Below are positions 51,678 to 59,441 of a stretch of DNA of 62,207 nt, piece by piece. The notes beneath the pieces are model-generated. The model searched no databases. It was not told where the DNA came from and saw only the letters and a list, made by a program, of their open reading frames with translations. The stretch lies in the IMG/VR virus record IMGVR_UViG_3300033149_002577, one strand, 5' to 3'. The translations under genes and the position numbers were made by a program. This stretch comes from a virus. The number at the start of each line of letters is the position of its first letter. The stretch's first letter is position 1.

Positions 51678-52191
51678 TGAATGGATCTGCCGGGTGCATC
51701 GCGAACACCTACTCACGGACCTCGGGCACTATCAAAGGCCGTCGCTTCCGGTGATGCCAGGTGCATTCGATGGGATGAGCGAAGAACACATCATCGGGCT
51801 CCTCAATTCGGCAGCGAGAAACGCGGAACAGAGGCAACGTGATAAGGACCTGCTCACATGGTTCGGAGCTTGGCGAAATGACGTGATGAAGCATGAAGCG
51901 CTCTGTGAAGGGAATATCCTTTTTTTGCTCCGGGCCGCTGGGCGATTTGTATCGATCGGCGACGATGAAACCGCCTGTAAACTGATGGCCTACGCCGGTG
52001 AGCAGTATGGATTTCACATCACCGAGGCCGACATGACAGAGGACGATCGTTCCGAGATCGCCCGAAGGTATTCCCGGTGTCGAGGAGCGATGTCGGACAA
52101 GCTTCTCGGTGGCAAGAAACCGACAAAAGCTGAAACCGAAAAGCCACCGGCACCGATTGGTTTGAGCGATATATTTAAGATGCACGAGTAG
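51637..52191 (+). CDS. Hypothetical protein (184 aa)
   Basis: ORF overlapping the upstream gene by 41 nt. The start is uncertain. Confidence 0.45.
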   Translation: MTIIDLKKSLKSSDEWICRVHREHLLTDLGHYQRPSLPVMPGAFDGMSEEHIIGLLNSAARNAEQRQRDKDLLTWFGAWRNDVMKHEALCEGNILFLLRAAGRFVSIGDDETACKLMAYAGEQYGFHITEADMTEDDRSEIARRYSRCRGAMSDKLLGGKKPTKAETEKPPAPIGLSDIFKMHE

Positions 52192-52197
52192 AGAGGT

Positions 52198-52530
52198 ATG
52201 ATGAAAAACGATAGATTCACAATTCGAGACGTCCGAAGGAAGATCGCGGCCGGAGAGCGACGAGCCCGATACGTCGAAAGCCAATTCGGGCAAGGTGCGC
52301 CGTCATCTGAAACCTATGCACGCGAGGAGCTTCTCTTCATCGAGGCGGCGATCCTCACGCTGAAATACTACGAGCTCTCGCTTAGCCCGGAGACGTCGAT
52401 CCCTCTCGCCCTCCGAGAACTCTTGGAGGAGATGGACAGGGTTGACATGCCAGGGCAGAATCCGGCGCATGACAAGCTTCAGAGGGCGTATATCAAGGCC
52501 CGGAGAATCCTCCGGGAATGGAGCGAATAA
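52198..52530 (+). CDS. Hypothetical protein (110 aa)
   Basis: ORF with coding-like composition. No motif recognised. Confidence 0.5.
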   Translation: MMKNDRFTIRDVRRKIAAGERRARYVESQFGQGAPSSETYAREELLFIEAAILTLKYYELSLSPETSIPLALRELLEEMDRVDMPGQNPAHDKLQRAYIKARRILREWSE

Positions 52531-52787
52531 TGGGCAGCAAAAGCAGAATGAACAGTCGGCGACGAAGCTATCGAAATCAGCAGATGGAGCGCCTAAGAGA
52601 TAACCTTGCCGAGTCATGGTGGATCATCGGTGCCATGCTTCAGCAGGCCGGAGGAAAGGCGGTGCTTGATCCGAAAGCGTTCGATTTGAAGGACGGGGAG
52701 CCCGAGATTAAAAGCCGAATCGAGGCCGACGGAATCATTCATTTAAGCTTGATAGGGTCCGCGTCAACGCGTACAATTGAGGAGTAA
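52530..52787 (+). CDS. Hypothetical protein (85 aa)
   Basis: ATG 52530 overlaps the upstream stop (TAATGG). Confidence 0.45.
   Translation: MGSKSRMNSRRRSYRNQQMERLRDNLAESWWIIGAMLQQAGGKAVLDPKAFDLKDGEPEIKSRIEADGIIHLSLIGSASTRTIEE
52749..52777 (+). promoter_or_regulatory. Promoter TTGATA-17-TACAAT with an operator copy (52758-52773) in the spacer
   Basis: Near-consensus sigma70 hexamers with an exact 17-nt spacer. TCCGCGTCAACGCGTA matches the consensus at 15 of 16 positions. Confidence 0.65.
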
Positions 52788-52814
52788 GGGAAAGGCAAGG
52801 AAAGGAAAGAGTCG

Positions 52815-53591
52815 ATGAATTTCGAGGAATATCGAAAGATTAATGCGATGAACTGGAGTTCGCTGAAAGATATGAATGTTTCAGCGCGACTCTATAAATG
52901 GCGGATCGATCACCCGAGACCTGAAACGCCGGCTCTGTCGATGGGCTCGGCGCTTCACACCGCGATTCTCGAGCCCGAAGAGTTTCTTCAGCGATACGTC
53001 ACCAGGCCGGCCGGCTTGGACTTCCGGACGAAGGCCGGCAAGGAATGGAAGGCCAGCGTTAGGGCCGACCAGGCCATTCTTACGGCCGATCAGGTTGATA
53101 CGATCTGGCAGTATGTCAAGGCGGTTTCGGAGCACGAGGAGGCATCCAGGCTGCTCGAGGGAACGCGGCGAGAGGAGACGGTCGCATGGACCATCGACAG
53201 CTTGGCTTGTAAAGGGCGAGTCGATGCAATCGGGCCGGACAAGATCATTGATCTCAAGTCGACGAGATCGCTCGAATGGTTCATGCGGGACGCCGTAAAG
53301 ATGCTTTATCATGGTCAATTGGCCTGGTATCGAGACGGGTGCTTTTTTTCAAAGCTGATACCAGAAGACTCTGAGGTTTATATCATCGCGACGGAGACGG
53401 CTGAGCCCTACGACGTCGGTGTTTTTCGGCTCGGACCGAGCGTGCTTAGGACGGGGCGAGAACTCTACACATCGCTCCTCGGCTATTGGCGCGAGTGCGA
53501 GCGATCAAATATTTGGCTCGGGCAGTACGCAGGGATTCAACCTTACGAGCTTCCACCATGGGCCGAGACCGGCGACGAGGAGGGATTCTAA
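52815..53591 (+). CDS. PD-(D/E)XK recombination exonuclease (RecB/YqaJ/Cas4-like)
   Basis: GRVDAIGPDKIIDLKST (D...DxK) and YHGQLAWY (QxxxY) motifs. Paired with a downstream annealase. Confidence 0.75.
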   Translation: MNFEEYRKINAMNWSSLKDMNVSARLYKWRIDHPRPETPALSMGSALHTAILEPEEFLQRYVTRPAGLDFRTKAGKEWKASVRADQAILTADQVDTIWQYVKAVSEHEEASRLLEGTRREETVAWTIDSLACKGRVDAIGPDKIIDLKSTRSLEWFMRDAVKMLYHGQLAWYRDGCFFSKLIPEDSEVYIIATETAEPYDVGVFRLGPSVLRTGRELYTSLLGYWRECERSNIWLGQYAGIQPYELPPWAETGDEEGF

Positions 53592-54382
53592 TGAGCGACG
53601 ATCACAAAACGATTACTGTTATCGAGACCGAGAACCACGAGATCATGCATCCCATGGTCGCTGCGGCGATGGCGCAAGCGCCGACCCCTGAGACGCTCCG
53701 AGAGCTCTTGAGAGTGCAGAGAGAATGGGAAGAGGGCGAGGCAAAAAAGGCCTACACAAGGGCTCTTGTTGGCCTTCATCGAGACCTGCCGGCGAGCATC
53801 GGGCGAGACAAATCAGTTGATTTCAAAAATACTCACTACAAATATTCTTCCCTGGCGAACGTCACGAATCAGGTCACCAGCATTCTGTCAGCTCATGGAT
53901 TTTCAAAATCTTGGGACCCGAGCACCTCGCAACATTCGGTTACGGTGACTTGTCGCCTCACCCATCAAGAGGGCCATAGCGAGTCGTGCACAATCTCATC
54001 GCCACCTGACAACAGCGGATCAAAGGGACCTTCGCAGGCAGTCGCGAGCACCATCACGCTGCTTCAGCGATACACGTTGCTCTCTATATTAGGCATCGCA
54101 ACCGCTGACATGGAGGAACCTCACGGACCGCGACCGACCAATAACCCAGGAGGGATCGACTCGGTTTTGAACTTGAAGGCAGCGGCTCACATTAGGGCGA
54201 AGCTCGGCGGGATTCACGACGCCGAGGAGCACGTAGGAAGCCCGGTGGAGAAGTGGACAGCGAACGACCTGGACTCCCTGAGAGAGTGGCTGAGGGCGAA
54301 GCTCTCCCCGAAGCCAGTGATCAGCGACCAAGAAGAACTTGAGCAGGAGATGGCGGAAGATGAGAAGGAGTTGTCCGAATGA
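53591..54382 (+). CDS. erf: ERF-family single-strand annealing protein
   Basis: KAYTRALVGLHRDLPASIGRDKSVDF..THYKYSSLANVTNQVTSILSAHGFS fits the ERF core. ATG 53591 overlaps the exonuclease stop. Confidence 0.65.
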   Translation: MSDDHKTITVIETENHEIMHPMVAAAMAQAPTPETLRELLRVQREWEEGEAKKAYTRALVGLHRDLPASIGRDKSVDFKNTHYKYSSLANVTNQVTSILSAHGFSKSWDPSTSQHSVTVTCRLTHQEGHSESCTISSPPDNSGSKGPSQAVASTITLLQRYTLLSILGIATADMEEPHGPRPTNNPGGIDSVLNLKAAAHIRAKLGGIHDAEEHVGSPVEKWTANDLDSLREWLRAKLSPKPVISDQEELEQEMAEDEKELSE

Positions 54383-54630
54383 AAACATACACAATCTACG
54401 GGAAAGTAACCGGTTTGAGATATCTTGGAGAGGTGCAGGCTTCTTCTCTTCGAGACGCAGAGGATAAAGCCATTTCGGCCTTTGCTGAAAATATGGTCAT
54501 TCAACTCTGTCATCAATGCGCGAGAGAATTTGATCCTGATGAGGTCTCAGGGTTCATGATTGAGGCTAACGAAGGCTCGGATCGTCTCGATTTCGATGGG
54601 GTTTATCACGAGAAGGCGGCCGAAGAATAG
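54379..54630 (+). CDS. Hypothetical protein with a CHQC motif (83 aa)
   Basis: Start and stop overlap (ATGA). Coding-like composition. Confidence 0.5.
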   Translation: MKTYTIYGKVTGLRYLGEVQASSLRDAEDKAISAFAENMVIQLCHQCAREFDPDEVSGFMIEANEGSDRLDFDGVYHEKAAEE

Positions 54631-54835
54631 GCCAAGGAGGCGACGATGCGGGATGTATTACTTGCGGATATATAACCGACAGCCTATGCGGGCCGATGTG
54701 TCCAGACTGCGACGATCCGCTGACACAAGGGTTCGATACAAAGGTGTTCGGCATGGATGGCGGCTTGGAATGTCAGCCCGATTGACTACGTTTCAAGGTG
54801 GCTGGCGAAGCGGTTTAAAGCGGAGGAAAAAACGA

Positions 54836-55819
54836 ATGAATGACGGATCAAAGGCGATCAGCTTGATAGATAACGCCAGCCAAGCCCTGGCCGAGGCGAC
54901 CACGTTTCAAGAGGTCACTCACCTGATCGGGATGGCTGCGGCGGCGAAGGTCTATGCAAAACAGGTGAAATCATCTCAGGGCGTGATCGATCAGGCGACT
55001 GAGCTCAAAATACGTGGTGAACGTCGACTTGGCGAAATGTTGGGGGCGACCGAGCTTTCAAAAGGTGCCCTGAAAAAGGGCCAAAATCCCGCGATTCAAG
55101 CTGAGAACCCCGGGGTTAGGCTCGTTGACATTGGGATATCAAAAAAGGAAAGCTCGCAGGCTCAACGGCTTGCCTCGATTCCTTCCGAGGCATTCGAGGA
55201 GATCATTGCTACGGCCAAGGCTGGAGCGTTGAGCACGGCCAGGGTTCTAAAGGCCCACGAGGGCGTCGGTGATCGTCGCAAGGATGGGATCGACTTCTAT
55301 CCTACCCCGGAATGGTGCGTGCAACGCATGCTCGAGGCCTGCGGCGTAACAGGCGGTCTATGGCTGGAACCGGCTGTAGGGGACGGCTCGATAGTACGAG
55401 CGGTCAGCAAAGTCAGAGACGATGTCAGTTGGACTACGGTCGACATCAGGCCGGAATGCAAGGCCGACAAAACCGGTGATTTTCTTCATATGGGCTTCGG
55501 TGAGCGGTTCAACGCGATCATAACGAATCCCCCATATTCGCAGGCGTTGGAATTCGTCAAAATGGCTGTGACGAGGGCTGATGTCGTGGTCATGCTGTTG
55601 CGCCTTAATTGGCTCGCAAGCGCCGAGAGGTGCTCGTGGTTGCGCGCAAATATGCCCTCTGAGGTTTACGTGCTTCCGGACCGACCGAGCTTCGACGGTG
55701 AGAACACTGACGCCACCGATTACGCGTGGTTTGCGTGGCGCCGTGGGAGCCGAGAGCAGCATGCTAGGCTGATGATTCTCGAGACGACGCCGCTGAAAGA
55801 TCGAAGAGGCGGCCAATGA
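54836..55819 (+). CDS. N6-adenine DNA methyltransferase
   Basis: ATG 54836 with a GCGGAGG RBS. Motif I LEPAVGDGSIV and motif IV IITNPPYS. Confidence 0.85.
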   Translation: MNDGSKAISLIDNASQALAEATTFQEVTHLIGMAAAAKVYAKQVKSSQGVIDQATELKIRGERRLGEMLGATELSKGALKKGQNPAIQAENPGVRLVDIGISKKESSQAQRLASIPSEAFEEIIATAKAGALSTARVLKAHEGVGDRRKDGIDFYPTPEWCVQRMLEACGVTGGLWLEPAVGDGSIVRAVSKVRDDVSWTTVDIRPECKADKTGDFLHMGFGERFNAIITNPPYSQALEFVKMAVTRADVVVMLLRLNWLASAERCSWLRANMPSEVYVLPDRPSFDGENTDATDYAWFAWRRGSREQHARLMILETTPLKDRRGGQ

Positions 55820-55848
55820 GACCCGCAAGATTAAAGGGAGAGTGGGTG

Positions 55849-56067
55849 ATGCCTGTTGCTCCGGTGTGCAAACAATGCGGAACATCGATTGAGGCAGTAG
55901 CCTACATTGATGTATCCGAAGTATATTTTTTTTGGGATGAATGGTGTTCAAATTGCAATGAAACTTTTGATTCGGATTCCCGTTCTGATGACTGGGGTGA
56001 TTGGCCATTTGATGTTGATCTTGTTTCCACTGAAGATATTGAAGCTGCTGGGTTTAGGGTTGAGTGA
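55849..56067 (+). CDS. Small zinc-ribbon protein (72 aa)
   Basis: CKQC...CSNC. AT-richer than its neighbours. Confidence 0.5.
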   Translation: MPVAPVCKQCGTSIEAVAYIDVSEVYFFWDEWCSNCNETFDSDSRSDDWGDWPFDVDLVSTEDIEAAGFRVE

Positions 56068-56627
56068 TGTTTCATCCAGATAAAATCATAATTTTCTGCG
56101 TCTTCCTTTTGGCTATTTTCGTCACCTGGACTCTGTCGGTGCGAGCGTGCGAGAGCATAGCCTACGGCGATACACCGCTGATTTCGAGGGTGATGACGGC
56201 GATCTCAGCCCTTCGTCCGACGCTATCAGATGGCCGAGTCGGTGATCTCGCCACGGTCTTCGTCGATGCCGGTCAAGAGACCGAGATCGATCCACTGCTT
56301 CTCGTGGCACTCGCTCGGCGCGAAAGCGGTCTGAGGCCATCGGCCCGTGGCAACCTCGGAGAGATCGGGCTTCTGCAAGTCCATGGCGTCGGCCTGAAGC
56401 ATCGTCCAGAGGTCTGCGCGAGGTCTCTCACGACGGCTGATTGTCAGGTTAGAACCGGCGCGGCGTTCCTTCAATGGGTGCGTGCGAGTTGTCCGGGCTC
56501 AACATGGCGATGGGTCTGTTCCTATGCACGAAGCCATTGCTGCTCTGAAGAGGTGGCGCGGAACGACATCGGGACGAGGCGAGCTCACCGGTACCATCAG
56601 GAGATCGGAGGAAGAGAATGGGACTGA
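56064..56627 (+). CDS. Lytic transglycosylase (SLT domain) with an N-terminal membrane anchor: endolysin candidate
   Basis: IDPLLLVALARRESGLRPSARGNLGEIGLLQV contains the SLT catalytic ES motif. N-terminal hydrophobic helix IIIFCVFLLAIFVTW. Confidence 0.8.
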   Translation: MMFHPDKIIIFCVFLLAIFVTWTLSVRACESIAYGDTPLISRVMTAISALRPTLSDGRVGDLATVFVDAGQETEIDPLLLVALARRESGLRPSARGNLGEIGLLQVHGVGLKHRPEVCARSLTTADCQVRTGAAFLQWVRASCPGSTWRWVCSYARSHCCSEEVARNDIGTRRAHRYHQEIGGREWD

Positions 56628-57160
56628 TATATCTGGCATCGCCGTATACACATGACAACGACAGAGTCGTTGAGGCTCGAGTCAAACTAGCGACGAAAGT
56701 GGCGGGAGAGTTGCTCAAGAGAGGGCACGTTGTTTTCTCGCCTATCACCCACTTTCATCCGATTGCAAAGGTTTGCGGTCTGCCGACTGACTGGGCGTTC
56801 TGGAAGAATATCGATGAGGTTTACATCAAGCTCTCTGACTATCTCTATGTGCTCATGCAAGACGGGTGGGAAGAGTCAGTTGGGGTTCAGGCTGAGATTG
56901 AAATCGCAAGAGAGCTTGGCAAGACAATCCGATACATCAACAAGGAGCGAGGCAACGAATATCGCCCGATAGGGCAGCTTGCAACCGTCGATGAAATCAT
57001 AATGTTGGAGAAGATCAAGGACCTCGTCGGCACGCAGCACACCGGCGAAGACCCCGTCAAAGCCGTTGGTCGTCTGATTGCCGAAGTTGCAAAGCTTCGT
57101 CTCGCACTGATCGATCTTGGTAAAGCCGTCGATTATTCGGACAAGGACATCCCATGGTGA
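56618..57160 (+). CDS. DUF1937 / nucleoside 2-deoxyribosyltransferase-like protein
   Basis: IYLASPYTH...FSPITH...GWEESVGVQAEIEIARELGK matches the DUF1937 pattern. Confidence 0.7.
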   Translation: MGLIYLASPYTHDNDRVVEARVKLATKVAGELLKRGHVVFSPITHFHPIAKVCGLPTDWAFWKNIDEVYIKLSDYLYVLMQDGWEESVGVQAEIEIARELGKTIRYINKERGNEYRPIGQLATVDEIIMLEKIKDLVGTQHTGEDPVKAVGRLIAEVAKLRLALIDLGKAVDYSDKDIPW

Positions 57161-57342
57161 TATCCGAGGCGATGATGACGGAGAAATGCGGGATCTGCGG
57201 CGAAGTACATGAGCGCGGACTGAGACATTGTTTGGTGTGCGAAGACCTCGTAAGGGAAGAAGACATCGTGAGGCTTTATTGCAAGCGATGCGACGCTAAG
57301 CGAGTCAGAAGGCACTCATTTGATCGATGGTGGAGTTCATGA
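57154..57342 (+). CDS. Small zinc-finger protein (62 aa)
   Basis: CGICGE...CLVC...CKRC. Confidence 0.45.
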   Translation: MVISEAMMTEKCGICGEVHERGLRHCLVCEDLVREEDIVRLYCKRCDAKRVRRHSFDRWWSS

Positions 57343-57530
57343 TGGTAGTGCTGACTGTCGACGAGCGAGAGGCCTTTGAGGAGCGCGCGGCCATTATGGA
57401 GCATCATGGGGATTTGGACCGCAAGGAAGCTGAAAGGAAAGCCCTCGAGGACATCTTAAGGATTCGGGAAAGGAAAGAAAATGAACGTAAAAATCATCAT
57501 CAGCGGTTTTCTCAGCGGCTGGTTTTTTAA
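57327..57530 (+). CDS. Hypothetical protein (67 aa)
   Basis: ORF in a coupled series. Confidence 0.45.
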   Translation: MVEFMMVVLTVDEREAFEERAAIMEHHGDLDRKEAERKALEDILRIRERKENERKNHHQRFSQRLVF

Positions 57531-57672
57531 AATTGATCATGAAGAGTTCCAATCGATCATAGGCGATGGATATGAGTGGGCAGGGCCGTATGAGAGTCGT
57601 TGGGAGGCCGAGATTGTAGCCAAATCAGAGGCCTTAGAGATGATCGCCTCTGTGGAGGTAATAGATGAGTGA
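57481..57672 (+). CDS. Hypothetical protein (63 aa)
   Basis: ATG preceded by GGGAAAGGAAAGAAA. Confidence 0.5.
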   Translation: MNVKIIISGFLSGWFFKIDHEEFQSIIGDGYEWAGPYESRWEAEIVAKSEALEMIASVEVIDE

Positions 57673-58120
57673 TTCAACAGTGATCACATTTGAGGTTCCA
57701 GGGCCGGCCGTTGGAAAAAAGCTCAAGGCGTTTATCATCGGAAAGTACGCCAAGATCATCAACGAGCCGAAGAAAACCAAGCCCTACATGGACCTCGTTC
57801 GGACTATTGCCAAGCTCAACGCACCTCTGGAGCCGTGGCTTGGAGCGGTGGCGATAAGTATTGAATATATCATCGAGCCAACCAAGGGATGGAAGGCCGA
57901 GAAGAAGGCTCTCGCCCTATCCGGAAAGCTCTATGCGACGGTCAAGCCCGATGGGGACAACGTCTCTAAATCCGTCTGCGATGCCCTGTCTCAGGTGATT
58001 TACAAGGACGACTGTCAGATCGTGCAATACGTCATCACGAAGCGCTACGGAGCGGTGGCGAAGACCGTGGTCACCATCGAAGCGCTCGAGCATATCCCGA
58101 CGCAGCAGAAATTGATTTGA
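57665..58120 (+). CDS. rusA: RusA-family Holliday junction resolvase
   Basis: KPDGDNVSKSVCDALSQVIYKDDCQIV is the RusA catalytic signature. Confidence 0.85.
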   Translation: MSDSTVITFEVPGPAVGKKLKAFIIGKYAKIINEPKKTKPYMDLVRTIAKLNAPLEPWLGAVAISIEYIIEPTKGWKAEKKALALSGKLYATVKPDGDNVSKSVCDALSQVIYKDDCQIVQYVITKRYGAVAKTVVTIEALEHIPTQQKLI

Positions 58121-58136
58121 AAGGAAAGAAAGAGCC

Positions 58137-58328
58137 ATGATGAAAGAAAAGCAGATCGATATTTGCATCGAAGAGGCCGAGCGATTCATCAAGCGTGCGA
58201 ACGATTTGAAGCGACGTTTGAAAAATGATGACTATGCGTTTCTTGGGTCGGCAGAAGGCGGAGCCCTCAAACGGGCATCGATGGACCTCACCCGTGAGCT
58301 CGCGACGATGAGGAGCACGAAGAGATGA
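58137..58328 (+). CDS. Hypothetical protein (63 aa)
   Basis: ATG preceded by GAAAGGAAAGAAAGAG. Confidence 0.5.
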   Translation: MMKEKQIDICIEEAERFIKRANDLKRRLKNDDYAFLGSAEGGALKRASMDLTRELATMRSTKR

Positions 58329-58522
58329 AAGTCAAAGGAAAGTGGGGCGCTCAATGCAGCGTCGAAGGGTGTCAGAAGAAGGTTGGATACCGCTGTGACT
58401 ACAAGGCGGAGGACAGCGAGATCATCGAGGTGTGCGACCAGATGATGTGCTCGAAACACGCGAAGCTCGTCCGGTTCAACGTGCACTATTGCCCGGAGCA
58501 TGCCGAGGGAGAAACACGATGA
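58325..58522 (+). CDS. Small Cys/His-rich protein (65 aa)
   Basis: Multiple Cys and His residues (CSVEGC, CDQMMCSKH, HYCPEH). Confidence 0.5.
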   Translation: MKVKGKWGAQCSVEGCQKKVGYRCDYKAEDSEIIEVCDQMMCSKHAKLVRFNVHYCPEHAEGETR

Positions 58523-58701
58523 CAAAGGGCGTAAAACGGATTCCGAGTTCATACAGGAAAGACGATGAGTCGATGGGCGATCGGGCCTTCCTGAGGCTCC
58601 TCACGGAGCGGATGAAAGAGCACGGCATACCGACCGGGAGCTGGAAGAACGAGATCAACTGTGATGCTCGGCGTTACGAGATCGAGAAGGGGGAGTTGTG
58701 A
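58519..58701 (+). CDS. Hypothetical protein (60 aa)
   Basis: ATG 58519 overlaps the upstream stop (ATGA). Confidence 0.4.
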   Translation: MTKGVKRIPSSYRKDDESMGDRAFLRLLTERMKEHGIPTGSWKNEINCDARRYEIEKGEL

Positions 58702-58979
58702 CCGGTTCGATTCGGAAAGCGTTGCTCATGCTGGCCGCTCGATGGTTCTTCGACCCCAAGGACCTTCGAGCACTATCAGACGATGATCTTGAGGCCGGAC
58801 TGAACCTATACCCGTCGATGCAAAAGGCGATCAATGAGACGTCAGAGGCCTTGGGGCTGATATTCGAGACAGAGCTTGAAGAACGGGTGGGCCGGGCGAT
58901 CTCGAAAATCCGGAGCGCGGAAGGGATCGACCCGGACCAGATTGACCAGATTTTGGGAGTGGAAAGGGTGGATTTATGA
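58698..58979 (+). CDS. Hypothetical protein (93 aa)
   Basis: ORF in a coupled series with a non-ATG start as in the track. Confidence 0.4.
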   Translation: MTGSIRKALLMLAARWFFDPKDLRALSDDDLEAGLNLYPSMQKAINETSEALGLIFETELEERVGRAISKIRSAEGIDPDQIDQILGVERVDL

Positions 58980-59395
58980 CTATTGACCCGAGAATGATCG
59001 TTTTCCATTATGCCGATGGGGAGGTTCTGTTTAGCTGCAAGCATTGTAGCCACGACATTATTTTTGCCAAGGCGGATGCAATGCATGTCAGTTATTCGGA
59101 AAAAGGCCCGCCACCTTGCCCGAAGTGCGACCCGGTAGACTTTGGGGAGTGGAGTGGGAGAAGGAGCAATATGACATGGATGACAGAGATAAGCGACGAA
59201 GGAGAGCGTGCTCTCCGGACGATTGAAGAAGCCTTGAGGCCATATATCAGAAAAATGAATGGCAAGGTTCGATCGATAACATTAGACGAACCAATCAGTT
59301 TTATCATTGTCGATCTTGAGCTTGAAATTCCACTACCGGATTGCTTGACTGGGCCTGACACAACACGCGCGAAGTCACGCGCGCCCGTCGAATAA
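58976..59395 (+). CDS. Hypothetical protein with a zinc ribbon (139 aa)
   Basis: CKHC...CPKC. Last gene before the packaging operon. Confidence 0.5.
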   Translation: MTIDPRMIVFHYADGEVLFSCKHCSHDIIFAKADAMHVSYSEKGPPPCPKCDPVDFGEWSGRRSNMTWMTEISDEGERALRTIEEALRPYIRKMNGKVRSITLDEPISFIIVDLELEIPLPDCLTGPDTTRAKSRAPVE

Positions 59396-59401
59396 ACTTT
59401 A

Positions 59402-59435
59402 TCCGTTTTGACGCGTAGTCCTCCTGTGATATCCT
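59402..59435 (+). promoter_or_regulatory. Packaging-operon promoter: operator half-site, TTGACG-16-(TGa)TATCCT, then 6 nt to ATG 59442
   Basis: TTGACGCGTA (59408-59417) is the right half of the palindrome. CTGTGATATCCT (59424-59435) is identical to 31837-31848. No SD. Confidence 0.55.
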
Positions 59436-59441
59436 TGGCTT

